DNA of 64,000 bases from positions 74,920 through 138,919 of the forward strand of contig JAFRQS010000011.1 in assembly GCA_017428495.1 (NCBI GenBank), written 5' to 3'. Position 1 is the stretch's first letter. Every line of letters starts with the position of its first letter. This document shows positions 49,658 through 58,324 of the stretch, piece after piece. Below the pieces are notes generated by a model. The model worked only from the letters and a program-made list of their open reading frames with translations. It was not told the DNA's origin and did no database searches. This stretch comes from Bacilli bacterium. Its GTDB lineage: Bacteria > Bacillota_I > Bacilli_A > RF39 > UBA660. The position numbers were made by a program, and so were the translations under genes.

Positions 49658-49835
49658 AAATCCTCCTATGCATAATAATCAAATATGCCTAAACATAAAT
49701 ATAAATTTATAAATATCAATATTATCTTTCTTAATTGCATTAATAGTCTTCTTCATTATAACAATATATAACTATTGTAAGATCTATTATACCATCACTT
49801 TAACTTATAATTTTATTTTAGCATATTACATAAAT

Positions 49836-49866
49836 AAAAAAAAGAATTATTATTTAAATAATTCTT
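49836..49866 (-). terminator. rho-independent terminator at end of the 5-gene surface-protein cluster
   Basis: AAGAATTATT-ATTTA-AATAATTCTT hairpin overlapping the stop of the 313-aa gene with A/T runs. Confidence 0.5.
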
Positions 49867-50779
49867 TATCATAAAAGCCTTTAAATTTAATTTTACTTTT
49901 ATCATTAAATGTTATAACTATAATATTATTTTCCAACTCACTTATATTAGATACATACTTATTATATTTCTTAATAGTATCACCTTCAACATATAACATT
50001 TCATTATCTGAGGTTATAATAAATTCAGTAGGAACATTTTTAAATCCACTAATATTATTACCCATACCAACTAATATAATATTTTTAACTTTAACATCTT
50101 TATTATCCTTTTTAAATACTTCACCATTAATTTTAGATATTGACATATCAGAATATAATATATATTCATTATTTATGTACATCATATCTTTATCATAAGG
50201 AAATAAGGTATATACATCATACAATTTGTTTTTTGCGGTTAATACTACAAAACTCATATGATTTATATTAATGTAACTTTTTACTTTTAAATTTGTAAAA
50301 TTAACAATTTTTTCATTGGGAATATCAATTTTATTGATATATAACTCATTTAAATTGTCATTATTCAACACAAACTTATATAAATTTCCATCTTCAGTTA
50401 TGCCAAAAGCATTTAATCCTTTTTCGAAAAACATACTAGCATCATATAATGTATTAAATTTTACATTCTCAAGTACTTCCTTATTACTTGAATTCAAACT
50501 TATATGTAAATGCTTTTCATCATCAATATACAATTTGCCAACATTATTATCATTAATAACAGTAAATTCAATTTTATTGATGACATTATAAAATATATTA
50601 TCTTTATAAGACTCATTATATTCAATTGAATTAATGTGTTTTATTCCCTCATACTGAAAAGTAAAACTTTTAGAATCACTTTTATCAGATTTCATAAATT
50701 TGTAATATGATAAGTATCCTACAAATACTAAAAACATTATAACAAATACAATCAACACTATCCTTAACTTTTTATTCAT
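49850..50779 (-). CDS. membrane-anchored hypothetical protein (N-terminal TM, extracytoplasmic body)
   Basis: about 309 aa from MNKKLRIVLIVFVIMFLVFVGYL; RBS GGGTGATTAT upstream. Confidence 0.55.
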   Translation of the reverse strand: MNKKLRIVLIVFVIMFLVFVGYLSYYKFMKSDKSDSKSFTFQYEGIKHINSIEYNESYKDNIFYNVINKIEFTVINDNNVGKLYIDDEKHLHISLNSSNKEVLENVKFNTLYDASMFFEKGLNAFGITEDGNLYKFVLNNDNLNELYINKIDIPNEKIVNFTNLKVKSYININHMSFVVLTAKNKLYDVYTLFPYDKDMMYINNEYILYSDMSISKINGEVFKKDNKDVKVKNIILVGMGNNISGFKNVPTEFIITSDNEMLYVEGDTIKKYNKYVSNISELENNIIVITFNDKSKIKFKGFYDKELFK

Positions 50780-50802
50780 ATAATCACCCATTACTTTATA
50801 TC

Positions 50803-51657
50803 TTAACCCATTTTCTTAACAGAGGCTTCTTTAGCCATATTTAATTCTTCTGTAGTAACTCTCATTGATTCAGGAATCCAATTTAAATATATATGTACCA
50901 TATCATTGTGAGAGTAATAACCTCTTCCACCTTCTTTTCCAAATGGAAAAAACTCAAACATATATTCATCTTCTTCATTTGTTAATTCTCTATCATAATA
51001 TTCAATCCAAAAATTGGCCGCCATAACAACGTTATCTACCAAACGTAGTTGTATATCATTGTTACAAAAATATGGATGAATACCTTCAAACTCTACTACT
51101 TCATGATTCATAGCATTCCAAGTTAATGGTCCAAAATCTTCACCTGTAGTGTGATAAGTAAATAATTCCTCATTAGTAAATAAATCCTTAAATTTATATA
51201 TATTTTCATTTGGAGTATTATATACATATCCAAACATTACTTTTGGTTTACCTTCAATGAAGAAACAAGCTGAGAAATAAAGATTTGAATCATTTATTTC
51301 ATCGTCATCATATGTTTCATATTTTTTCATTTCTTCAGCTTCTTCTTCTTCTGAAAGTCTTTTAAATACCAATTCACTTGAATCATCAATAACTGGTTCT
51401 TCATTAATTTCAATATTTTCATTTTCAACAATTGGTTCTATAGTTGGTTGTGGAGTAGGTTCTGGGGTTGCTTTAATAATAGGATCAACGGATGGAGAAG
51501 GTATAACAGTTTCAATAGGTGTTACCGTTTCCTCTATAATATCCGTTTTATCTAAAGAATAATTGTCACATCCAACTAAAATACTAGATGCCAATAATAC
51601 TGCTGCAATTTGCGTTGCTATTTTGCCATTATACTTATTATTTCTCTGTAATTTCAT
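50803..51657 (-). CDS. hypothetical lipoprotein with Pro/Thr-rich linker
   Basis: 284 aa; lipobox SSILVGC; linker TPIETVIPSPSVDPIIKATPEPTPQPTIEPI. Confidence 0.55.
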   Translation of the reverse strand: MKLQRNNKYNGKIATQIAAVLLASSILVGCDNYSLDKTDIIEETVTPIETVIPSPSVDPIIKATPEPTPQPTIEPIVENENIEINEEPVIDDSSELVFKRLSEEEEAEEMKKYETYDDDEINDSNLYFSACFFIEGKPKVMFGYVYNTPNENIYKFKDLFTNEELFTYHTTGEDFGPLTWNAMNHEVVEFEGIHPYFCNNDIQLRLVDNVVMAANFWIEYYDRELTNEEDEYMFEFFPFGKEGGRGYYSHNDMVHIYLNWIPESMRVTTEELNMAKEASVKKMG

Positions 51658-51719
51658 AATGCCTCCTTAATTTGAATAAATATATTATATGCAATAATTT
51701 ATATTTGTCAATTTAATTG

Positions 51720-54071
51720 TTAACAACCTCCTGTTTCTGTATACGTAGCTGTAACAATGTCTTCTCGTTTTGAAGGATCTGCATAATATGAGACTCTTGT
51801 AAAAACGCAGTGTGTTTCTGTTGTTATAGTTCTCTGATGATTAGAACATATACCTTTTTTTACTGTATAATATGTACTACCTATATAACGTATATTTTTT
51901 TCATTTTTAGAGCAATTAGTCTCATGCCAACATGTTTTATAACCACATTGAATTGCATCTGCTTTATTTTCACAAGCTGTGCATGAATCCGCCCCACAAG
52001 AATCACATGCATTATAGCCACATATACTAGCATCTGTTACATCACCACACCATGCACACGTATTATATTCTATACATTTGTTTTTATTATTTGGATCATA
52101 TTTTTTGCAACCGCATGCTCCACAACTCCTAGGCTTACATGTAGCTGCACCACATCTTGAACATTTTTTATATCCACAATGTTCCACATCATTTCCATAA
52201 AATTCACACACCTCACATGTATCCGCACCACAACTCCAATGTTCACTTTTAACCCTATCGCAGTCTGGTTTTTGCACTTCTTCATTAAAATCATAGTGAC
52301 ATGATTCACCATTGTAACTACTTGAAGTTCCAGGGCCATCATCTGGAGGTTGAGTTTCACAATCTGATTTATAGCATCCTTGTCCATCACCTGTTGCTGA
52401 TGCAACCTGTCCATCTCCACAAGTTGCTTGTGATTTAGCTGTTTCTTCACTTGAATATGGATAATCTCCTGAACATACACAATCTACTTTATAACATCCT
52501 TCTCCATTATTAGAACATTGTTTTACTTGATTTGATGATGAACATGATATTGAATTCTTTGCATCATCTTCACTTATATGTGGATAGCTTGCTGGACATG
52601 CTTTTCCTTTTACAATTAATGTACAAGTACCAGTTTTTGTAGAATCCACTTTTGATGTTACTGTTACTGTTATTTTTTGATCTATTGGTGATAATCCATT
52701 ATTTCCTTTAACTTCTCCTGTTTCTTCATTTATTGTTGCATATGTTGTATCTGATAAACTCCATTTTACATCAGTCTTTGTAGAATTCTTTGGTGTATAA
52801 ACTTTCTCCATTTGCCCTATACCATTATATTCTATCTCTAAATTTTTACATCCTAATGTTTCAGGTATTCCATCCCATACTGTTACTTTACATGTTGATG
52901 TCTGTCCTCTTGTTGTTTTTACCCTTATTGTTACTTCCTTTGTACCTGTTATATTCTGCGCTGTTATTTGTGCCTTTGATAAACAATTCGAATTTGTATT
53001 ATTTAACTCACATGTTTCTGGTGGGTTTGAATATTGTATTGTTAAAGCACTTGGATCGCTACTTGTCCATTCCAACTTTCTATTTGCTGCATTTGCAGGT
53101 ACATATTGTGGATGTAATGTTACTTTTGTTCCAGAAGCTATTTTTATTCCTTCTGCTGGACATACAACATAACTTGAATTATCTGCACTTGGTTCATTTG
53201 GGTTTGTTTCTGGACTTAAATCATTTGGATTCTTTGGTACCAATACTTCTATATCTGTTGTACATACTTGTTTTCTTACTCTTTCTTTTATACTTTCATT
53301 TATTGTTCTTACATCTGTACTTTCACTAAATGTCCATGTATAAATATATTCATTACCTGATGATACTGGATTTGCTGTTACTATTCTTGTCTTTTCACTA
53401 CTCCATTTTCCACATTCACATATTGCATATCTTGCTGTTCTTTCTTTATCTCTTGGGGCTTCCTCATCTTGACATATTCCTATTGGTAAATTTGATTCTC
53501 CCCATCCTAAAAAGCTTATATCTCCTGGTATACAATCCATCTCTTCATCTGATATGTCTGATGCACACCTATTCTCTCCACTTGATGAATCTATTTCTAC
53601 TTTTGTTCCAAACTCTTGTCTTATTGTATTACATTCTTCTGCTGTCTTATCTTCACACAAAAAATCTATTACTTCATCTATTTTATATTTTGTCTCTATA
53701 ACACCATCTACTCGATTTACTAATCCAAATTCTTCTCCTCTTAATGATGTTACTCCACTTCTTATTCTTAATGATATCTTAGGTGGTACTTCATTTAAAT
53801 CTTCTACTATTATCTTATAGTCACCTATTGTTACATTTTGAGCAAATCTTCTTGTTAAATTCTCTATAAATTTATCTTCTGCTATTTTCATGTTTCCTGT
53901 TGTTCTATAATATTGCAAATCTATTGCATCATATGCTGCCGCTTGTGTTGTTTCTTTTATTAAATAATATACTCTATCATTATCTACTGTTACATTTTGA
54001 AATAAATTTACTACTAATATTCCAAATAATCCTAGTACTACTATTAGTACTCCCCATATCGCTTCTTTCAT
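51720..54071 (-). CDS. large surface protein: N-terminal membrane anchor, two Big_2-like Ig domains, C-terminal Cys-rich CGY-x2-C repeat region
   Basis: 783 aa; N-term hydrophobic MKEAIWGVLIVVLGLFGILVVNLF; Big_2-like segments (VVCPAEGIKIASGTKVTLHPQYVPANAANRKLEWTSSDPSALTIQ; KVYTPKNSTKTDVKWSLSDTTYATINEETGEVKG); C-terminal about 150 aa with about 35 Cys including HCGYKKCSRCG, ICGYNACDSCG, QCGYKTCWHETNC. Confidence 0.6.
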   Translation of the reverse strand: MKEAIWGVLIVVLGLFGILVVNLFQNVTVDNDRVYYLIKETTQAAAYDAIDLQYYRTTGNMKIAEDKFIENLTRRFAQNVTIGDYKIIVEDLNEVPPKISLRIRSGVTSLRGEEFGLVNRVDGVIETKYKIDEVIDFLCEDKTAEECNTIRQEFGTKVEIDSSSGENRCASDISDEEMDCIPGDISFLGWGESNLPIGICQDEEAPRDKERTARYAICECGKWSSEKTRIVTANPVSSGNEYIYTWTFSESTDVRTINESIKERVRKQVCTTDIEVLVPKNPNDLSPETNPNEPSADNSSYVVCPAEGIKIASGTKVTLHPQYVPANAANRKLEWTSSDPSALTIQYSNPPETCELNNTNSNCLSKAQITAQNITGTKEVTIRVKTTRGQTSTCKVTVWDGIPETLGCKNLEIEYNGIGQMEKVYTPKNSTKTDVKWSLSDTTYATINEETGEVKGNNGLSPIDQKITVTVTSKVDSTKTGTCTLIVKGKACPASYPHISEDDAKNSISCSSSNQVKQCSNNGEGCYKVDCVCSGDYPYSSEETAKSQATCGDGQVASATGDGQGCYKSDCETQPPDDGPGTSSSYNGESCHYDFNEEVQKPDCDRVKSEHWSCGADTCEVCEFYGNDVEHCGYKKCSRCGAATCKPRSCGACGCKKYDPNNKNKCIEYNTCAWCGDVTDASICGYNACDSCGADSCTACENKADAIQCGYKTCWHETNCSKNEKNIRYIGSTYYTVKKGICSNHQRTITTETHCVFTRVSYYADPSKREDIVTATYTETGGC

Positions 54072-54075
54072 ATTA

Positions 54076-55362
54076 TCACTTCCTATCTATGATATCTGGA
54101 TTTGCAATAATAAATTTGCTCTTATTCATCTCATTAATATTAAATGTATCATAAGGATGATTTTTATTATACTCTCTTACTCTTCCTATTTTACTTCTAT
54201 CTAAAGTTATAACAAATCTTTCCATTGTTGATAAATTACTACTAGTAGAAGTTATATATTTATTTACTAATGTCTTTCCATCTGGAGTAAGACCACTCCA
54301 GTTAGCTGAAGGCTCTCTATTTGGAAATGGATTATTAACATCAATTATTCTATATTGAAATGCCTGGCCACCATATTTATCATAATTTTCATCTGTTTCT
54401 GAACCTGGTTTTGTCACAGGGAATGATAAATTTTTTACTTTATATGAACAATTTACATTTAAATTCCATACATCTCCACCTGCTATTAAATTATTACCTA
54501 AATTTCTAGCAGTTAATACTAATGAATATCCTCTATCAGTAGGATCTGATGCAACTGGCCTTGTATACTCATTAAATGATGTAAAATACTTATCTCCAGC
54601 ATTACACCTATCATATCTATATGTAGATTCTATATTTCCAGTATTTAACTCCAAAAATGTATCAGCCATTGTGTATTTACCATTTAACATAACTGTTTCA
54701 TTCCAACTTTTAATTGTTTTATTACTAAGTTTACAATCATAAGTCGCTTCATCAAAATTACATGCCATAGGAGTTACATTTATCTCATCCATATCTACAA
54801 CTTTTGAATATTCACCCATTTGAGAAAAATGATAAGGAATAGTTTCTACATTCTGAGAAGTAGATACATTTAACTCTACATTTCCATTAAATTTATACTT
54901 ATGAATATTTGATTCATCATCTGATGTAAATTCATCACAAGCTTTTTTATTTTCATAATAATTAACTATTTCTCTTCTTTTGGTTTCTTTTTCTTCACCT
55001 GATAAACTTTTATATTCATTTACCAATTCTTTTATTTTAGATTCATATTGAGTATATTTATATTCAGCAGTACAATTTCTCTTTCCACTAGCATATAATG
55101 GATAATTAAAACCAGTTCCTGCTAATACTCTTTTTATAGGATCAACTGAAAACAATATTTCTTCTTTACATTTAATAGTACAAACATCATTTTTTAGTAC
55201 TTCAATTTCATTCTCAGTTCTAAATGTAGTAACCGTACTTTTACTTGCATCACATGTAATCTCTCTACTATTTGTATTAACCGTATTTATAACTGGATCA
55301 CATGTAGCAGCAAAAGTTACAACTGGTAACAATAACGCAAATAATAATAATTTCTTTTTCAT
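54076..55362 (-). CDS. secreted Cys-containing hypothetical protein
   Basis: 428 aa; signal peptide MKKKLLLFALLLPVVTFAA; 4-nt gap/overlap coupling to flanking genes. Confidence 0.55.
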   Translation of the reverse strand: MKKKLLLFALLLPVVTFAATCDPVINTVNTNSREITCDASKSTVTTFRTENEIEVLKNDVCTIKCKEEILFSVDPIKRVLAGTGFNYPLYASGKRNCTAEYKYTQYESKIKELVNEYKSLSGEEKETKRREIVNYYENKKACDEFTSDDESNIHKYKFNGNVELNVSTSQNVETIPYHFSQMGEYSKVVDMDEINVTPMACNFDEATYDCKLSNKTIKSWNETVMLNGKYTMADTFLELNTGNIESTYRYDRCNAGDKYFTSFNEYTRPVASDPTDRGYSLVLTARNLGNNLIAGGDVWNLNVNCSYKVKNLSFPVTKPGSETDENYDKYGGQAFQYRIIDVNNPFPNREPSANWSGLTPDGKTLVNKYITSTSSNLSTMERFVITLDRSKIGRVREYNKNHPYDTFNINEMNKSKFIIANPDIIDRK

Positions 55363-56021
55363 AATATACCTCGATTCTTTGACCTTCTTTTCATAATTAT
55401 TCTTAATAAAACCAATAATATAATTGTTAAACTAACAATTATCAAATGTCTATGTTCATATATATATCCAAGCACATCTATATTGGTTTCATCATTCTCT
55501 TGTGGTTTAATTTCTGTTTCTTCTCTTTTATTTAAACTTTCTATATACTCATTCATCTTTTTTTCAAATTCTTTTTCACTCAAATTAACATTAGAATTTT
55601 CTTTACATAAAAAGTAATTTTCATATCCTTTGCACAAATCACTTTTTGAATATTTATTATAATATGGAACATTTATTACCTTTGTAAGTATTTTATATCC
55701 TTCACAATAATTATTATTGGATGCATATATTATAACTTGTATTTTACTTCCAGGTGTTAATCCATCAATAACATTACTTGAGTATTTTTTTCCATTACTA
55801 TCTGCCAAATACATATGCTTTGTTATATTGTAAAATATCACTTTATATGTAACTTTATCATTTTCAATATTTTTACTAAGTCTATATACAACATCATTAG
55901 CATCACTTCTAAGTGCTGTTTTAAAGCTATTTGTACATCTTGAATCTATTACATCATATTTTGCTAATGTAGTAATTGGTATAAATAGTAACATTAATAG
56001 CAAATAACGCAATTTCTTCAA
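55359..56021 (-). CDS. type I membrane protein (signal peptide, about 150-aa ectodomain, C-terminal TM and basic tail)
   Basis: 220 aa; N-term MKKLRYLLLMLLFIPITTLA, C-term LIIVSLTIILLVLLRIIMKRRSKNRGIL. Confidence 0.55.
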   Translation of the reverse strand: MKKLRYLLLMLLFIPITTLAKYDVIDSRCTNSFKTALRSDANDVVYRLSKNIENDKVTYKVIFYNITKHMYLADSNGKKYSSNVIDGLTPGSKIQVIIYASNNNYCEGYKILTKVINVPYYNKYSKSDLCKGYENYFLCKENSNVNLSEKEFEKKMNEYIESLNKREETEIKPQENDETNIDVLGYIYEHRHLIIVSLTIILLVLLRIIMKRRSKNRGIL

Positions 56022-56106
56022 TATATCACCTACTTATTCTTACAAATAATATAATACCAAAAAAACACATATTTTTAAAGTGCTTTTTTAAATATTATTT
56101 AGAAAT

Positions 56107-56135
56107 TTGACTTGTTCCCTAAATTATGTTAGTAT
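56107..56135 (+). promoter_or_regulatory. sigma-A-type promoter with extended -10 for SH3-like gene 1
   Basis: TTGACT -17 nt- TGtTAGTAT, then RBS AGGAGGGG 6 nt before ATG 56158. Confidence 0.5.
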
Positions 56136-56157
56136 ATAAGCCAATTTAGGAGGGGTT

Positions 56158-56643
56158 ATGAAAAAGAATAAAGTAGCATGGCTTTTACCATTCATAGTAA
56201 TTATTATATTGAGAAGTTGTAATGCTATAAGAGAACAAGAGACTGGCGAAACTAGATATCAAAGATATCAAAGATATAAAGCTGGAACAACAAGTAGCCA
56301 AATGTATAATAATGATTATACTGAGTGCAAAACAATGGCATACTATGAAGATAAAACTAAGGATAGTTTTTATGCAGTTATGGATTACGCCTGTTTAAAA
56401 GAAGGATATCCACTATATGATTGGTATAAAGATGATATGAATGTAAAAGGATATTGCGAAAAAGATCAAATAGTATATGTGGAATCAACTAATGGTGAAT
56501 ATGCGCATGTATTTACTGATAAGAATATAGATGGTTATATACCTACCAGTATTTTAGAATATATACATAAGGAATATTTAGAACAAGATATATCAGAACC
56601 ATCTGTAAAAGTTCTCAAAAAACAAAAACTAGGAAATTCCTAG
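56158..56643 (+). CDS. secreted/membrane-anchored protein with C-terminal bacterial SH3-like domain (paralog 1)
   Basis: 161 aa; N-terminal hydrophobic anchor; C-terminal FYAVMDYACLKEGYPLYDWYKDDMNVKGYCEKDQIVYVESTNGEYAHVFTDKNIDGYIPTSILEYI. Confidence 0.6.
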   Translation: MKKNKVAWLLPFIVIIILRSCNAIREQETGETRYQRYQRYKAGTTSSQMYNNDYTECKTMAYYEDKTKDSFYAVMDYACLKEGYPLYDWYKDDMNVKGYCEKDQIVYVESTNGEYAHVFTDKNIDGYIPTSILEYIHKEYLEQDISEPSVKVLKKQKLGNS

Positions 56644-56648
56644 TTTTT
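56624..56648 (+). terminator. rho-independent terminator of SH3-like gene 1
   Basis: AACTAGGA-AAT-TCCTAGTT + TTTTT; stop codon inside hairpin. Confidence 0.6.
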
Positions 56649-56665
56649 ACTTTATCTTTTCAAAT

Positions 56666-56694
56666 TTGACTTTTTTTGAGTTTTGTGCTATCAT
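56666..56694 (+). promoter_or_regulatory. sigma-A-type promoter with extended -10 for SH3-like gene 2 (duplicate of 56107-56135)
   Basis: TTGACT -17 nt- TGcTATCAT, then RBS AGGAGGGGG before ATG 56720. Confidence 0.5.
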
Positions 56695-56719
56695 ATAGGC
56701 CAATTTAGGAGGGGGTTTT

Positions 56720-57265
56720 ATGAAAAAGAGGAAATCAAAAGGAAATGGTGCAAAAGCATTATTAATGGCATTTTTAGTTGTACTTGTAGTAAGAGGTTGT
56801 ATAATAGATAGCCAAAAACAACCACATAGTTCAACAAGCAGCAGAACAAATGATGATTCATACAGTAGTGATACTACAATAAGACAATATCAACCTACTA
56901 CATATTATTTAAAAGATGGTACTCCAATTGAATCATCAACAGGTTATGTACCTGAAGGATATGTATATAATGGAACATATTTAATACCTAAAGAATCTGG
57001 TGACAACTTTTATGCAGTTAGAGAATATGCATGCTTAAAAGAGAGTTATCCATTATATGATTGGTATAGAGATGATATGTGCGTAATAGGATATTGCGAA
57101 AAAAATCAAATAGTATATGTAAGTTCAACAAATGGTGATTATTCACATGTATTTACTAGCGATAATGTAGATGGTTACATACCTAATAGTATGTTAGAAT
57201 ACGTACCAGAAGAATATTTAGATCAAGACATATCAGAACAATTTGTAAAAGTACTTAAAAGATAA
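56720..57265 (+). CDS. secreted/membrane-anchored protein with C-terminal bacterial SH3-like domain (paralog 2)
   Basis: 181 aa; FYAVREYACLKESYPLYDWYRDDMCVIGYCEKNQIVYVSSTNGDYSHVFTSDNVDGYIPNSMLEYV nearly identical domain to paralog 1. Confidence 0.6.
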   Translation: MKKRKSKGNGAKALLMAFLVVLVVRGCIIDSQKQPHSSTSSRTNDDSYSSDTTIRQYQPTTYYLKDGTPIESSTGYVPEGYVYNGTYLIPKESGDNFYAVREYACLKESYPLYDWYRDDMCVIGYCEKNQIVYVSSTNGDYSHVFTSDNVDGYIPNSMLEYVPEEYLDQDISEQFVKVLKR

Positions 57266-57293
57266 TAAAAACTAGGAACTTCCTAGTTTTTTT
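57266..57293 (+). terminator. rho-independent terminator of SH3-like gene 2
   Basis: AACTAGGA-ACT-TCCTAGTT + TTTTTTT. Confidence 0.6.
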
Positions 57294-57391
57294 GTCATCT
57301 TTTTACATTCTTCATTATGCTTTTTAAATTCTTGAATATTCAACAATATTTTTCATATTATCACCTAGTGCTTGATATTCTAACACATAAT

Positions 57392-57416
57392 AAAAAACTA
57401 GTAAACTAGTTTTTTA
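57392..57416. terminator. bidirectional terminator-like palindrome between convergent genes
   Basis: AAAAAACTAG-taaa-CTAGTTTTTT, contains the stop of the 125-aa minus-strand gene. Confidence 0.4.
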
Positions 57417-57783
57417 TTGAAAGTATTGAATATATATTTAATAATATATCATAGAATAATAATATCACTAAGTAATAACTTAAATGTATATATTCTACTA
57501 ATAGAATATTATTATATATAATTGATATTACTATTAAAAATATGAATAATATTAAATATGATATTGGTAATAATATATTATCAAATTCATATTTTTTCTT
57601 TTTTAATAATATAGTAAATATTATTGCTAATACAACATTTATACCAATAAAGAAATACATGAATTTATTTACCATAATGATAGTTGTAGTTAAACTATAT
57701 ACAAATATTGATGTTCCAAGTGTTAATGCAAAACATATATAATAAAGTATTAAATATAACTTATTCTTCATTTTGTACCTCAC
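57406..57783 (-). CDS. small integral membrane protein (4 TM)
   Basis: 125 aa, hydrophobic throughout; overlaps end of upstream gene (operon with FAD protein). Confidence 0.5.
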   Translation of the reverse strand: MRYKMKNKLYLILYYICFALTLGTSIFVYSLTTTIIMVNKFMYFFIGINVVLAIIFTILLKKKKYEFDNILLPISYLILFIFLIVISIIYNNILLVEYIHLSYYLVILLFYDILLNIYSILSIKN

Positions 57784-58324
57784 TCGCTAATTCTATATAT
57801 TTTTCAATTATTGATAATTCATTATTTCTTTTAATATTTTCAGTTGCATTAAATAAACTTACTTCAAATGCTTCTTCCAAACTATCACGTAGTGTAATTT
57901 CATATGCAAACATATGCTCTTTATAAATATATTCATATGGTATTATAGCTGACATATACATAGTTGATACATAGTTTTCATTTAATATTTCATCAGTAAA
58001 TCCACATGCATATTTAGCCTTAGTGTAATTAGTTAATATTGTATTATCAGTATATAACTTTTTAATATTTACTTTTCCTTCATAATTAGAATCTTTAACC
58101 TTATCGATAAAGCTAATTATAAAGTCTTTACATTCACCATCTTTTAATTTATTAGCAGCTTCTTTATATAATTCTATTTTCTTATTAAAATCATCCAATG
58201 ATGGAAATTCTACTACTGGATTATATCTGAGTAAATTACATAGTATTAATACAACTAAGGATATACCTGATATTATAAAGAAATAGAATATGCCTTCTTT
58301 AATTTTATTTTTCATTTCTTTCAC
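57761..58324 (-). CDS. membrane-anchored hypothetical protein
   Basis: 187 aa; N-terminal TM (IFYFFIISGISLVVLILCNLL) then soluble domain. Confidence 0.5.
   Translation of the reverse strand: MKEMKNKIKEGIFYFFIISGISLVVLILCNLLRYNPVVEFPSLDDFNKKIELYKEAANKLKDGECKDFIISFIDKVKDSNYEGKVNIKKLYTDNTILTNYTKAKYACGFTDEILNENYVSTMYMSAIIPYEYIYKEHMFAYEITLRDSLEEAFEVSLFNATENIKRNNELSIIEKYIELASEVQNEE

Noticed and set aside
49113-50591. Plus-strand ORFs 49113-49406 and 50316-50591
   Set aside because: Antisense to the E2-like and 313-aa genes.
52790-54154. Plus-strand Leu-rich ORFs (52790-53329, 53330-53701, 53554-53820, 53900-54154) and minus-strand 52070-52480
   Set aside because: All lie antisense or out of frame within the 783-aa gene; low-complexity LLLFL translations typical of antisense of a Gly/Ser/Thr-rich gene.
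57324-57356. 10-codon mini-ORF MKNIVEYSRI with AGGTGA RBS on the minus strand between convergent terminators
   Set aside because: Too short, spacer to ATG only 4 nt, no conservation evidence; likely chance in AT-rich DNA.
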